From the human T2T-CHM13v2.0 reference genome, Homo sapiens, in the NCBI RefSeq assembly GCF_009914755.1, contig NC_060932.1: a DNA stretch of 64,000 bases; one strand, given 5' to 3'. Shown here in pieces: positions 46,231 to 62,760 of this stretch. The notes beneath the pieces are model-generated. The model saw only the letters and a program-made list of their open reading frames with translations. It was not told the DNA's origin and made no database searches. The translations under genes and the position numbers were made by a program. How positions within the stretch are numbered: the stretch's first letter is position 1; each line of letters starts with the position of its first letter.

Positions 46231-46823
46231 GGGCTTTGAGAACTACATAAACAACTCTATTCAACAGTGATGATTAATTCTGCATTATCAAAGGAATCAG
46301 TGGAAAACAGCCCTGGCCTTGGTGTTGCAGAGTATCTAGGCTTTTCCACCAAAAGGCAGTTCATGTAAGAGATTAAACAAAATACACACACAAGGATTTC
46401 TTAATAAACGGATAACTAGTTGTGTGACACTGAACCAGTCAACCCACTTTCTAGGTCTTTGTGTCTCAGCAATATGTATGTTGCATTCAGTGTTCTGAAA
46501 AATCCTTTCATTCCAAAAAATTCTAAAGGTTATAAATGACAGGGGGTGGAGTGCCCTCTTGCAAAGCATCACACAGTTCACATCTTTGTTCTGCCTTGTT
46601 TAACATTTTTATCTATGATTTAGATAAGTACATCTGTAGCAATTTCATAGTTGAAACAAATCTGAGAGACACAGCTAAGTGACAGATGGCAAAAATCAAT
46701 ATTAAATTGCTGACGGGAATCTGGAAACAAAAACACAAATAGCCAATACTTTGACTAACTAAAGACGGTTGCTAGAACTTAGAATATATTTTTCAATAAA
46801 TATAACATGAAAGATTATAATAT

Positions 46824-46965
46824 GGGCTGAGTGTGGTGGCTCATGCTTATAATCCCAGTGCTTTGGGAGGGCAAGGAAGTTGAATTTCATGAGGCCAGGA
46901 GTATGAGACCAGCCTAGGCAACACAGCCAAACCTCCTATCTACAAAAAATAAAAACAAAATTAAA
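46824..46965 (+). mobile_element. FLAM monomer
   Basis: TSD aagattRtaatatgg. Confidence 0.87.
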
Positions 46966-47785
46966 TTTAAAAGATTGTAATATGGTTTTCAGACCAAGCC
47001 CCAAAGTCCTATTTGGTCAATTTCGGAGTTGTGGGTTACCCTAGCTCATGTCTGGTGGGACTCCCATTAGGTTGCAGGTGGGAACCTCAACTCCTTTCCT
47101 GAGTTGTCAGTTTCCACCTGCCACTGCTCTCTGACTTACTGTTTTCATGCTCCCAAATCACTTCCTATCTCATTTCTCTATGTATCTTGCCCTCAGAGCA
47201 AAATTTTCTTCTACAGTGATCTTGACTAGATGCTTTTCTCAAATAATTTATTATTTTTCAAATTTTCAAAATGATCATGCTCATACAATAGAGTTATGCC
47301 TTTCATGTTGTGGGTGGAGGGTGGGTTCTAAAGCCAGTGTGTAAAGGTGAAATATCCTATAGTCAAAACTACCATTGAGAACTCTGTAGGAAGCCACCAT
47401 ATTGAAGAGTGACCTATGGTAATTGTGTAATTCCAGCATAGCTGTTCCTCCATGTTGGAACAGGTCATTGTTTCTTCAGCTAAGCACCAGATGAAGTGGT
47501 TGGCTTGCATTCAGAGGTCACATTGTACCCCAAAAAGTACACATCTTAAAACCCTAAACTCACACTGAGCACAGCCAGAAGCTCATTCTGTGGGCCACTT
47601 AGTTTTCAATTCCCACTTTGTCCTCAGCTTTGAGTAGACAATCATTGAGTAGATCATGACTGGAATGGTTTGAAATCAACATGCGTTTACCCATCTATCT
47701 GTCTATTTCAAATGCACCCCTGATGGGATGGCATTGTACCACCAGGAGGTTAGAGAAAGATGGTAGACTGAGCAACCTATCCCTC

Positions 47786-47990
47786 TAACATAGTTTGGAT
47801 GTTTCGTCCCCTCCAAATCTCGTGTTGAAATGTGACCGCCAATGTTGGAGGTGGGCCTAGTGGGAAGTGTTTGGGTCATGGGAGCGGACTGCTCAGGAAT
47901 GGCTTGGTGTGCTCCCCATGGTGGTAATGAGCGAGTTCTTGCTCTATCAGTCACTGCAAGATCTGATTGTTAAAAAGGGCTTGGTAACTC

Positions 47991-48028
<38 letters not shown>

Positions 48029-48218
48029 CCTCTCACCATGTGATATACCTGCTCTGCATTCACCTTCAACCATGAGTAAAAGCTTCCTGAGGCCTCACAA
48101 GAAGCCGAGCAGATGCTGGTGCCGTGCTTTTACAGCCGACAGAATGGTGAGCATCTTTTCTTTATCAATTACCCAGCCTCAAGTACTTCTTTATAGCAAT
48201 GCAAAATGGACTCATACA
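47786..48218 (+). mobile_element. MSTB-like MaLR solo LTR with (CT)n
   Basis: tagtttggatgtttcgtcccctccaaatctc...ctttatagcaatgcaaaatggactcataca. Confidence 0.9.
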
Positions 48219-50091
48219 CCCACTGCATCTAATTCCCTAGAAATAACATTAAGTACGTATTTTTAATATGCCAGTAAATAAGACTGTAAGGTCTCAATTG
48301 AACAGAAGTTATGGAAAATGCCTAAAAGAGATGAAATGTTTGACTGGCGGATCATAGCCTAAAACATAAGTAACAGAGCACGGGAGTGGGAGTTGGGTTG
48401 CAATGCACCTTGAGCTTAGAGGTGGTGATTGGAGAGCAGGAGAGAGAGGGAGGCAACCATAAACATAACAGTTGGGGCACACCAAAAAGAGCATCTAGGC
48501 CAGGTGGCCACTTCCTGTCTCCCCAATTGCACCAACCAATACACTACAGAATCATCAGTCCTCATGTCCAGGAGTCCAGCTACTGGCTTTGAGACCCAGC
48601 AGCACAACCCATACTTTCTTAGCAAATTCTGCAGATAAGCTAGGGTTAAAAAAAATACTAAATTCACTAACCAGGCTAAAAAATAATCAATCATCATCAA
48701 ATATTTAAGGAAAATGTATACAATGAAATATATACAGAACAACATTTTTTTGACCTGAAAAGTGGCAATTTAAAAATTGAAAACATCTTACATTGATGAT
48801 GTGGAATAAGAACTTTCTTACAGTATTGGTAGGAGTAATGTTATTATAGTCATTTTTTGCTGGTCATTGAGCAGGATTTTAAAAATGTTTAAAGGCACAT
48901 ACCCCTTTAACACAGCAATTCCACTTCTTAACAAGAGTGAACTTTTAAAACTATTTTAAACTAGTTCTTTTGTTTTCATTAAAGTGATACCTGTATGTGA
49001 CAGAAGGAAAAGGAAATCAAGCCATTTAGAAGCTTCTAAAAGGGAAAGTTTAGAATCTCCTCATCTTGTTCCATTCCCCCGAAGGCAGCACTTTCTCCAG
49101 TTTCTATTTGACAGTGTTTTTGGTAGTAAATTGTACAACTTAATATATCCATTTATTGATTTTTTGAATGAAAAATTTAGTATCTACATGAACGATGAGA
49201 AACATACAGTTAGACTACCTTCCACTACCTCTCCCTGCCTCGAATGCCCCATCGCATTGAGAAATTAAAGTGATTAGAATAAGTTCCACGGATATAGCAG
49301 CGATTACAGACTCCCAAAGCTATCTGCATTTCAAATGTTTCCATGCAAACTAATTTCCAACCGATAGAAAGAGAAAGAGGAGACAAGTCAAGTAGAATTT
49401 TTGAACAGGTGGATGTGCAATGGAGAGGCTCTCCCACTCCAGGCCACCTCCCATCCCTGTAAGAGGGCAGCCCTTCCCTTCTTCCTCCAAACCCCATCAT
49501 CCACCTCAAACACAAGGCCGTCCTTTCTGAAATGTTCCCGCTAGCCTGGATGGTATGGTTATTTATGCAATATTTCTAATTTTTCAGCTGGGAACTCTCT
49601 TTATGTCAGCCTATCCATTTGCAGAATGTATGAGGAGAGGGCAGGAAAGATTCTCCCTCTTCCATGATCTCTTTAGTAGTTACCACCAATGAACACCTAA
49701 AGGTGCTAACCTGCTTCCACTGCATCTATTTTACTGAAATCAAAGTCTGAAAACACCACTGATATTTCAGCCTTCCTCAGGGGTGGGACCTGCCTAGCAC
49801 TAAAATCTCCCTGTCAGAGAAGGGTGACTCAAGCCCAGCACTCGTCACTGTAATTAGATTTAAAAATGAGTGATTGCATTAGAGAGAGTACAAATCTTTT
49901 CAATTACCTTGATTTAATCTCTTCTATTAACTTAATAGAAATCTTGGTCAGAGGAATCCACCAGGAATACTATGTCATTTGCTCATTAAAAAATTGCATC
50001 ACAATAACAAGAAGGCTATGATCCGACGAATGCATATGGCTCCCAAGCACGGCATAGTAATAGTTTTATTTGTTTCTTTCTACAGATTTAA

Positions 50092-50221
50092 AAAGGAAGG
50101 AAGGAAGGAGGGAGGGAGGGAGGGAGGGAGGGAGGGAGGAAGGAAGGAAGGAAGGAAGGAAGGAAGGAAGGAAGGAAGGAAGGAAGGAAGGAAAGGAAGG
50201 AAAGGAAGGGAAGGAAGGGGA
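50092..50221 (+). repeat. Compound (GGGA)n/(GGAA)14 purine microsatellite
   Basis: Perfect GGAA 50138-50193 preceded by GGGA units. Confidence 0.96.
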
Positions 50222-50727
50222 AGAGAAACCCAGCTCAGTTAAGAGGATTTCTTAGCCATCATTACTATCAATCCATACAATTAAAGTTACGCCTGGCCTA
50301 ATCTGACTTTTTAATGACAGTGGATTGCAATATAATATCCTAGATGTCTGTGTCTCTTCACAATTCTGATTCTATGGCTCCTACATTGCTATATCCTGGT
50401 GGGCCTGTTTGTGAATGCGGAGTTTGATTTATGGGCTGTAGAACATGTTGACTGGGTTGAGAATTTCCTTACTGAGAAAATACAATCAGACCATGGCCCT
50501 TGGTCCAAACTTCTGGACCCTGGACTCAGAGGAGCATGTTATACTTGGTACAGTGATGATTAGGAGGTGGGATAGATAGCCCTAAACACAGGGCCATATT
50601 TATAATCTAGTGAAGCATTCTCTGAGGCCACTTTGCTTTCCTATGAGAAGACAGATTTTGGGGGAGGAGTAATCAGGGTATTCTTCCACAAACAGCTTCA
50701 GTCGGCTTCCTGGGATGTTGAAACCTA

Positions 50728-51330
<603 letters not shown>

Positions 51331-52201
51331 TTAGCAAGGCAAAATTTCCAAATTGGAACTGTAATAGGTAGGTGCAGCTTTAAAATGAAATCTTAGCATT
51401 TGATTCTGAAACGAGTGTTTTCCCAGATCTGGGGGCTGAATAGCAGATCCAGTAGTGAGCTTAATTTAAAAATCCATTCCAGTGTCTGAGTTACATGTAC
51501 CTAGTCCTGCTAAGTACTGCCAATCATTTGAATCAATAGCTAACTTCCATCTCTGTCAGCAAGTAAGTACTTCAAATGTCATAAACTAAGAGCTGGATGA
51601 TGAGGACTTCAAAAAAGGCTCTGACCGTCTGGCTGCACCCCTCCAATAAACAGCTTCCATTTCAAGATCCTCACAGACAGATGAGATAAAGGCAATTTAA
51701 TATGTCCTTGCTGGAAATCATTTGACACAAGCATCTCTCTGAAATTCCTGGAACCATAGACCAATAGACTTAAATATTTTACTGCTGTCAGGTTGGAAGG
51801 CTCTTGGAACATTGAGTTTAAGCAAGAAAATTAAGTTTAAGCTTTTTAATCTCTTAGTTATTCTGGGGGAACTGGCTGATAAGGACAGTGAGATAGGCAT
51901 GAAAATACAACAAAGGAGACTTTTAGATCTTTTTGATTGTGCTTTGATACATCAGCATAGTCCCCTGTGTTTGGCTCCCAAGACAACCAATTTAAATAAT
52001 CACAACTCACTTGCTGGTCCTTGTCAACCAGCATGCACTGAACCCTAATATGTGCCTGTCCATGTGCCGACAGGGCAGGGAACACCAGCAGGAGCCAAAC
52101 TTTGCTTCCTTGGGAATGATTTCCAATTGTGAATTAGCTGTTTTCCATGATATTAAAACAAAAGAAAGATAAAATCAGAAATCGTAATAAATGAGAACTG
52201 A

Positions 52202-52495
<294 letters not shown>

Positions 52496-52934
52496 TATTT
52501 TTTAAAGGCCTGATTTTTATTAATCACATACTATGTGTTAGGCACTAAGCCAGGCAGATCACATTTGATATCTCACTGAATCCTTCAAATATCCATAAAG
52601 GTAAATAGTCTTACTAACTTGTTGAATGATATAAGAAAAATGTCTTTGTCCTTTAAAGCCCCTCAAATGTTACCTAGGGAGCATAAATTCTGGTCACCTG
52701 AGGGTCTGTTTGCTGATCTTGAGATGGGGTGGAACATATTACATATTAGAGATGCTAGAGCTGAACTGCCCTGCTTAAGAAAGGCTGAGGGAAATAGAAA
52801 GGATTAGAAGAGTAGAGGCAAATCTGCAGGGGAAGAAGAGGCTGTGTGAGGAATCATGCAGGGAGGAACAACAGGCTGGCCACTGAGAAGAGACATTAGG
52901 AGGGGAAGTAAATGTTTACGGAATTTTTAAAATA

Positions 52935-53130
52935 ATACCGGGCATGGTAGTTCATGCCTGTAATCCCAGTACTTTGGGAGGCCAAGGTGGACAGATGACT
53001 TGAGGTCAGCTGTTCGAGACCAGCCTGGCCAACATGGCAAAACCCCATCTCTACTGAAAATACAAAAATTAGCTGGGCCTGGTGGCGTGCACCTGTAGTC
53101 CCAGCTACTCAGAAAGCTGAGGTGGGAGAA
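52935..53130 (+). mobile_element. 3'-truncated AluS
   Basis: Ends abruptly at ggtgggagaa, fused to LTR-like relic. Confidence 0.9.
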
Positions 53131-53640
53131 CTGACCTTCCTAAATCTCCTGTGAGTGCTTCTGATTGGTGGAACCTACATCCGTCCCATCCAGAACCCCA
53201 GCTACACAGGAATCCAGGGCATGTGGTTTTCCCTTTCTGGTCTCTGCAGGACTGCGGAGCACTCTAGAAAGAGGCTGGAAAGGATCCTGAGCGCCAGGCC
53301 TCAGGACTCATTCATTGCCCTCCCCTACTTAACCACACAACAGCCAGAGTCACCCTGTTACACACAGTCCTCGCTGGTCACCGCCCTGTTCACGGCCCTC
53401 CTCAAACAGCGTGCCATCTTGCTGAGAAAAAGATCTCAAGTCCTTAGCAGACTTGATTGACAGCAGGCTCTGCTTCTACTCTCTTTGCTCTTTTTCAGTG
53501 GCCACCGTAGCCTTCTTTCATTTCCTGAAACCTGCTAGAACACGCCTGCTTCTAGAACACTTGCTGTTCACTCTGCCTAGAAAGGTTTCTGCCCCAGTGG
53601 TCATGTTGCTTGCTGTCCTACTTAGGTTGGGGGGTCAGGC

Positions 53641-54096
53641 CGGCGGGAAGCTCGGGCATGGCGGGCTGCAGGTCCCGAGCCCTGCCCCGCAGGGAGGCGG
53701 CTGAGGCCGGGCGAGAACTCGAGAGCGGCGCGGGCGGGCCGGCAGTGCTGGGGGACCCGGCGCACCCTCCGCAGCTGCTGGCCCGGGTGCTAAGCCCCTC
53801 ACTGCCCGGGGCCGGCAGTGCCGGCCGGCCGCTCCGAGTGCGGGACCTGCCGAGCCCGCGCCTACCCGGAACTCGCGCTGGCCCTCGAGCGCCGCGCGCA
53901 GCCCCAGTTCCCGCCCGCGCCTCTCCCTCCACACCTCCCCGCAAGCAGGAGCCGGCTCCGGCCTGGGCCAGCCCAAAGTGGGGCCCACACAGCGCAGTGG
54001 CGGGCTGAAGGGCTCCTCAAGCGCGGCCAGAGTGGACACCGAGGCCGAGGAGGCGCCGAGAGCGAGTGAGGGCTGCTAGCACGTTGTCACCTCTCA
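53641..54096 (-). mobile_element. LTR12 (HERV9) 5' U3 fragment, CpG-island-like
   Basis: Ends gcacgttgtcacctctca (reverse of the TGAGAGGTGACA LTR12 start); ggcatggcgggctgcaggtcccgagccctgccccgc; dense intact CpGs. Confidence 0.93.
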
Positions 54097-54601
54097 ACCT
54101 CATCAAAATGTAAGGGTTGCACCTTCGTGTAGTCATACCCAGGACTAAGAACAGGGTTCAGTCCATGGGAGGGGCTCGATATGTATTTTTCAGGAAAAAA
54201 CATCAAATAAAGTAAAATAGTCAAATCAAAATTCAAGCTTTTCAGCGAAACTTAACATTTTAGATAACTTGAATTTACCTTAGCGAGCTTGTCCGCTTTC
54301 CACTGCTTGAAGACCTTTTCTGAATAAATGGATTATTCAGTCCATCATGATAAGCCCCCGGGTGTGAACTATGAAATGGAGAAATCAGTAATGAAGTAAA
54401 TGTAATTCAGGTCCACCCTTCCTTATTCTCAATTCTGACCTTCAAAAAGCTCTATCAACTTAAAAAGTTTAAACAAAATTTTTTTTTTCGGGTAATGTAT
54501 TCTCTTTTTTTTCATGGAATACTGTTTTTACTTGAAAGAACAAATAACAGAAAACTCTTCGCTATTGGGCAGACATTTTCTTTAAAAAAAGGGAAAGAAG
54601 T

Positions 54602-54947
<346 letters not shown>

Positions 54948-54999
54948 TCAAAGAAAACAACTGACCGTGTTTATTGCTAATGAGAAGATTTAAACTTTT

Positions 55000-55123
55000 G
55001 TCAGGTGGGGGGGGTCACATCTGTAATCCCAGCTACTCCGGAAGCTGAGGCAGGAGCATCACTTGAGGCCAGGAGTTCAAGACCACCCTGAGTAAAGTAG
55101 TGAGATCCCATCTCTAATAATAA

Positions 55124-55161
<38 letters not shown>
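55000..55161 (+). mobile_element. FLAM monomer with (TAA)n tail
   Basis: TSD atttaaRctttt. Confidence 0.85.
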
Positions 55162-55162
<1 letters not shown>

Positions 55163-56216
55163 TTAAGCTTTTAAATGAAACTTAAAATTTTGGGTAACTT
55201 GGATTTATCATAATGAGCTTGTCAGCTTTTCAATGATTGAAGACTTTTCTAATCAGATCAGTGGTAATATTAATGAATGTGCTATCTTGATTTCGTATAA
55301 TAAGATGTGTTAATATCTGGAAGATCACCATAACTCAGTGAACCAATGTTTGCCAGATGATCAGTGAATCATGTTACAAAATGCATGAATAAAAGATCTA
55401 ATTAAAAGAACAAGACAGATCAATGGCTTTTAAAGTATCCAAGTAAAAAAATTTCATTGACAAATTTTCAGATTCAACATTTTAGCTAACCTCTATGAAA
55501 ATACTACTTATCAAGTTGTGGTGCAGTAGCAAAGAAAAATATCCACACTTATCTGAAATGGCTATTAAAACACTCTTTCCTTTTCCAATTCCATACCTGT
55601 GTAAGGCTGATTTTTTCATATACTTCAATCAAAACAACATATCACAGCAGATTGATTGCTGAACCAATATGGGAATCCGGGTCTCTTCTACCAAGCTAAA
55701 CATTGAAGAGATTTGCAAAAATGTAAAATAATTGCAAAAATGTAAAATAATCTTCTCACTAATACTTTTGTTTTGGGAAATATAGTTATTTTCCTAATAA
55801 ACATACAATACATTTTATCGTTATATTTAGGAGTTAATAAATATTTCTAAATTTTATCAGTTTTAATTTCTGACATGATAAATATTAACTGATATATCCC
55901 ACATAAGCAAGAGCTCTCTAACGTCTTTATTAATTTTCAAGAATATAAAGGGGTCTTGACACCAAAAGGTTTGAAAACCACAGTTTTAAAGCATCTTACC
56001 AAATTAAACTCTACATTTAATGTAAAGGAAATCATAATGTTGATGGTACATTTTATGCAACTCAGCCAAATAATTCTGAAGTTTATTTGGGAAGGAAAAT
56101 GTTCATGACTAGCTGAAGAAATTCTGAACAAGCAAATCAATGGAAAGAAACATCCCTACTCATAGTAAGCCATCATATAAAACACAAAAAAATAGCAGTT
56201 AAAACTGTGTGGAATC

Positions 56217-56543
<327 letters not shown>

Positions 56544-56709
56544 CCTGTGTGGAATCAGTACAAAAGTAGATAAACACATCAATAAAATACATTAAAATAC
56601 AGAAATTGATCCTTCAAATATAATTATGAAGACTTATGAAAAGAGGCCTTTAAGTAGGGAAAAGGTTGTACAATAAATGATGTTGAAATAGATTCGGGGC
56701 AAAAACGGA

Positions 56710-57230
56710 ATGTCATATGTTGTTTTGGTCAAGGTTCATAGTTTCAAAAAATAAAATTCCTTCAAACTAGTTTAAGGTAAATGGAACATATTAGAGGGTA
56801 CGTGGAGTACACAATCCTTGCAGGGAATTCGTGAAGAAAAAGATTCCAGTGTTTATTTTAAGGAATGACCAGCAAAACCAAACCACAGAACTAAACAGCC
56901 CGAGGAACTGGTGCATATACTACAAAAGGGGAAGCTGCAAAAATCAGACGTTTCTACCACAGCAGTGACCAGAACCACACCACTTCTCAGGAAGATGCCA
57001 AAACAGGAATCCATCTGCCTGATGAGAAGCGGCCACCATAGTTGTTGATTTCAGACCTTGCTACTTCCACCATGACCCAAACCTGCAAAGTGAATGCCCC
57101 ATGCCCTTTCTTTCTCTCAAAATAACTCAGTTCAAATCACAGTCTCTTGTGAGAACCTCTGATTGGTAGAATGAGACTCGCATCCCTAAACCCTGGTTCT
57201 ATGGAAGTCTGGAAGGTCAGAATGGTCATT
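56710..57230 (-). mobile_element. Old ERVL-type LTR relic (LTR33/41-like)
   Basis: ctctgattggtagaa...aaaccctgg...ggaagtctggaa; similar motif at 53135-53260. Confidence 0.45.
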
Positions 57231-57597
57231 GAGACATACTGCATTTATGACATGATCCTTATCTCTCACCACAGCAAAAATAAATAAAGAACAAAGCCAT
57301 CACACAAAAATATAGGCAAGCGTTTTTATAATCATACGAAGGAGAAAGATTTCAAAAACAAAATATGAACCCCAGAAGTCATTGTATAAAAAAGATTAAT
57401 AGCCTTGACTCCCTAAAAAGTGAAAACTTTTAGATGACAAAAGAGAAACAAAATTTAGAAGTCTCATAGCTGGGAGAAAATTTAGCAACATTTATAGCAA
57501 AAAAAGGAGGGTTTAGAATTAATAAAAAGACCTTACAAATCAGTAAGAAAAAGATATCCAGCTCTATGAAATTGGGGAAGTGAAATGAGCAAGCAAC

Positions 57598-57995
57598 GAT
57601 ATTCGACTGTTCTTGCATTGCTAGAAATACCTGAGACTGGATAATTAACAAAGAAAAGCCTTTAGTTGGCTCACAGTTCTGCAGGCTTTACAGAAAGCAT
57701 GGTGCTGACATCTGCTTGGCTTCTGGGGAGCCCTCAGGAAGCTTTTACTAGTGGCGGAAGGTGAAGCAGGAGCAGGCATGTCACATGGCCAGAGCAGGAG
57801 TAAGAGAGAGAGAGTGGGAGATGCCAGATACTTTAAACCAGATCTTGCGTGAACTCACTCATCACTAAGGTGATAAGCCATTCATGAGGGACCCACCCCC
57901 ATGATCCAGACATCTCCCACTAGTCCCCACCTCCAACACTGGGGATTACATGTCAACATGAGATTTGGAGGGGAACAAACATCCAAAGTATTTCA
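57598..57995 (-). mobile_element. MSTB-like MaLR solo LTR
   Basis: gaaatacctgagactgg, ggctcacagttctgcaggct, caacatgagatttggagggg.acaaacatccaaa. Confidence 0.9.
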
Positions 57996-58483
57996 GTGAT
58001 ATTTAAATAAAAGCTACTTTTTATCCTATTTGTATAAGGATATAGTTGTTTTGCAATTGCACAGAAATCTAGAGGAATAAAACACCCTTAAAAGAGGCTA
58101 ATTCTGGGAAGGAAAGTGCAAGTGAGGGGAGAAGGAGGTTGTCAAAAGGGCCCTTTCTTTTGTACATCTTCCCTGTTGTTTGAATTTTTACAAAAATATA
58201 TTTGGGTATTAGCTGTACAGTTAAACTATAAAATCTTATTTTGCTGTCTTTATAATAGTTAGCAATAAACATATATTTTTGCATTTCAGGGTATGGCTGG
58301 AGGCCATTTCAGTGCAATAACAACCATGGTGGGCTTTTTCAATGCTTAGATGTATTTTCTGAAATCAGAAGCTTGTGTTTATACTTTGGATAATTACAAA
58401 TCCTTGATAATTAATTCCATGCAATTTTTACCATTTTGCTCATATGATATACATTTCTTGATTTTATAATTGGGAAATAAATA

Positions 58484-58781
58484 TTTTATTTATTTCATTT
58501 TTGAGACCAGGTTTTACTCTGTCACTAGGCTGGAATGCAGTGGTGCTGTCATACCTCACAGCAACCTCGAACTCCTGGGCTAAAGTGATCCTCCCACCTC
58601 AGCCTCCTGAGTAGCTGGGGCTACAAGCACAGGCCACCACCCCAGCTAATTTTTAAATTTTTTGGTAGAAGCAGGGTTTCACTATGTTGCCCAGGCTGGA
58701 TTGAAACTCTTGGCTCAAGTGATCCTCTTTCTTTGGCTCCCAAAGTGCTGGGATTACAAGCATGAGCCACTGTGCCTGGCC
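58484..58781 (-). mobile_element. AluJ
   Basis: Antisense diverged dimer. Confidence 0.92.
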
Positions 58782-59094
58782 TAGTTTGTTTTCTATTTAT
58801 AGTACTACTTACTGAGCCTTCAGCAATAGAGTAGGCGTCACCAATTGCCATCTCCCTCACTTCTCCCTAAAGAATGATATTCAATTTTTCACCTTCATAC
58901 AAGCATAGATTTGTGACTAATTATAGAAACCATAAGGGAAAAAGAATATACGGAGGGAGAAGTGTCCAAAAACCCTGTCTTTCCTGAAATAATTCAGCAG
59001 TATTGATTTAGAGCAGTTGAATCATTACCACCCCTTCTGTAAATATATCAGTCAAGACAGAAATAGCTTCTGAGAACTGAGCCTCTTCCTACTC

Positions 59095-59215
59095 AGAAGT
59101 GCTGTGACTGAAGGTAACAAAAATCATTAAAAACTTGAAATTGCAACAAAAGGAATTTAGATTAAATTTAATGACAAATTTTCCCGCTGTGAAAGTTATT
59201 AAATACTTGAAGAAT
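59095..59215 (+). mobile_element. CR1/L3-like relic
   Basis: ttgcaacaaaaggaatttagattaaat...ttcccgctgtgaaagttattaaatacttgaa resembles the L3 3' region. Confidence 0.5.
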
Positions 59216-59699
59216 TATAAAACTGTGAACACTTATATTTAAAAAATGCACCTCTCTCAATCATCATTAATAATACTTTAGCAATTCCACAAACATTTTT
59301 TGAGTATCTACTATGTTCCAAGTTCTGTGCTTGTCACTGGGAAGTATAAAGATGAATGAGACATGATCCTACACACAGGGAATGTATCAAACCTGTGAGA
59401 GAAATGAAATGCACCAATTCATTCATTTGTTGGATAAATATTGTAAATGCCAACCATTGGGCATTAGGGATATGATGGTGACCAGCACTCGACTATGGAT
59501 GTGGAATAAGGGAAGAAAATTCTGTGATGGGTTACAGTGGAGCAAGATTATCTTGCCTGTGATATGAAACAAAGCTTTATGTAAGGGGCATTTGAACTCT
59601 GTCATAAGTACAGTTTTAATAGATAAAAATATGGAAAGAGGAAATGTCAGGTTGAGAGAACAGTATGAGGGAAAGGAAGAGAATGTGATAGTAGAGGGT

Positions 59700-60137
59700 G
59701 TGTTGGTATGTACCTGAGGCAGAACTGAAACTCAATACATGATAAACACAATAGGATGCTAGAGGCTATCACAAACAACCCCTAAATCTCAATAGCTCAC
59801 ATCACAGTCACATTTAGAATTCAGACTGTGATCTTCTACATGGAGATTCATGAATCTCTTGGGTCTCTCTTCCTTACTAATTCTACCTGTATTCAGCAGA
59901 CAAAGAGAGACAGAGAATGAAAGAGCAAGAAAGAGAGATCATGACATAGAGGAGGCTGTACAGAGTGAGCACTAGAACTTGCCATGCATCATTTCTGTCC
60001 ACATTCTATTGGCCAGAACTAAGTCACATGGATGTGGTCCCACTTAAACACAAAGGAGACTGGGCTATGTAGTCTCCTGCGTGCCCAAGAGGTAACTGAG
60101 CCTAGTTTGTTGATCACTTAACGTTATCTCTGCCACA
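59700..60137 (-). mobile_element. Old MLT1 LTR
   Basis: acaaacaacccctaaatctcaatagct; cacattctattggccagaactaagtcacatgg; ends tctctgccaca. Confidence 0.7.
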
Positions 60138-60257
60138 GAGACAATATTATCTATAAAGACCAATTTATTTAAGAGGACTATTGTTTAGTGTTTAAGTAAT
60201 TTGTATTTAGTTACTGATACATGAAACATGAACAACATTATGTACGTTGCAAACAAC

Positions 60258-60412
60258 TTTTTTTTAATTTTCTTTTTTTTTTAAGAGACAGGATCTTGAT
60301 ATGTTGCCCAGGCTGGAGTGCAATGGCGATTGACAGGCACAATCATAGCACAGTATAGCCTCAAACTCCTGACTTCAAGAGATCTTCCCACCTCAGCCAC
60401 CCAAGTAGCTGG
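60258..60412 (-). mobile_element. Alu monomer/truncated AluJ
   Basis: Antisense FAM/FRAM-like sequence. Confidence 0.8.
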
Positions 60413-60949
60413 ATGGAAGCAAATATTGAATAACTATTTTACAAGATGCACTCGACTCTGAAAATGCAATAAATGATATAATTACTGAAGGTGCTTACAA
60501 TTTAGACAAGGGAGAGGACACACAGAGTGAGAGAATTACAATATAATATGGCATATGGTAAATGACAATATACAAAGCAACACTTTATATGATTTTAATT
60601 TATGATTCATATAATGCTATTCTGAAAAAGAAGCAAAATATATTGTTATTTGGATTTCATTACATAGTTTTAAGGTAGGCTTATCGTATTCTCCAAGCAT
60701 AGACAAAATATATTGGCCTTTAAAAAATCAGACAAGTGCAAATGAAAACTGAAGACCTTGATAAACAGACAGTATTATTTACTCTCTAAGGAAAGATACA
60801 ATTCACATAGCTGTCATGGCGATTTAGTCAGTACACCTGAAAAAAGTTACTTGATCTCTTGACAAGTTAAAAAAAAAAGATTTTGACATTTCATTTGAAT
60901 CATTTACATTTCTCACATAGAGAAAGTTTACCATAATCATTAAGAATAT

Positions 60950-61170
60950 TGGCATTAGAGTTAGATGCAAATCATTTCAAGTCACAGCCCAGCTTTTTGT
61001 TGGCTTGGGGCAAGTTCCTTAACCTCCCTTAACCTCGGTTTCCCCCATTTGTGAAACAATAGGGATCATAACAATAATAACACTAATGCTTCCTCAGGAT
61101 CTCCTGAGGATTACATGAGTTAAAGCTCCATTGTATTTCGTCCACCACAGGGCACATTATAAATACTTTT
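60950..61170 (+). mobile_element. MIR
   Basis: ttggggcaagttccttaacctc...cctcggtttcccccatttgtgaaa...gaggattacatgag. Confidence 0.78.
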
Positions 61171-61999
61171 TAAATGAAAGATTATGAGAGTGTTAAAAAT
61201 CAATGTTTTGTAGATTATTTAACAACACGATATGTTGCACAAAAAATGCAATTTAAAGTAAAAATGAATACAATGTAATCCCAACTTTGACTGACACAGA
61301 CAGACAGAAAAGAAATGCACCAAAATATTAACAATGATGTTTGTAGGTGGTACAATTATGGATGTTTTTATATTCCGGGTCATACAATTCTGAATCTTCA
61401 GAAGTTTAGGGGTAAACATTTGTTTCTTTTATTTGCATCGTATTATTTCGAAAATCCCTTACATCCCTTAAACTTTGTATGCATACATAACTGCTTTATT
61501 AACATGATGTGATTCCATCTGTTATTTTCTCCTAAAGACAAGGCCACCCTGAGGAAACTCTTGACTTTGCTCTTGCCTTAGAATAATTGGCCAGCAACGT
61601 TAAAAATTCATCTGCTGAGAAGCAAATAGGTGTTTTGTTTGTTTGTTTCTAGTTTTTTTCTTAGTCAATAGTAAAAACATAACATACCTTTTCAAATCCT
61701 CATTTTTTTCCCCTTTTTTGTCTAATATTTCCTGGATCCTGAATGAATACATATTGGAATAATTCCAAATAATTTCTATTGTTAAATTTTACTGACATTT
61801 AAACATGACAATTGGAGATATCAAACTCTAGAACCCCAAACCATTGCAGAGTTTCTTTAAAGCTGAAGCTAAGGTATACAGAGTGCATACATTTATTTGG
61901 CTTTGTACATTTAGGTATAAATTGCAATCTTGAGAAAAAGTGTTCATTTTTGTTTCCATTTTAAATAGCTTTCTCTTTTGCATGAACATTTCTTTAAAC

Positions 62000-62760
<761 letters not shown>

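Noticed and set aside
53610-54069. Four overlapping GC-rich ORFs (83-134 aa)
   Set aside because: They lie almost wholly in LTR12 U3; the lack of stop codons reflects GC content.
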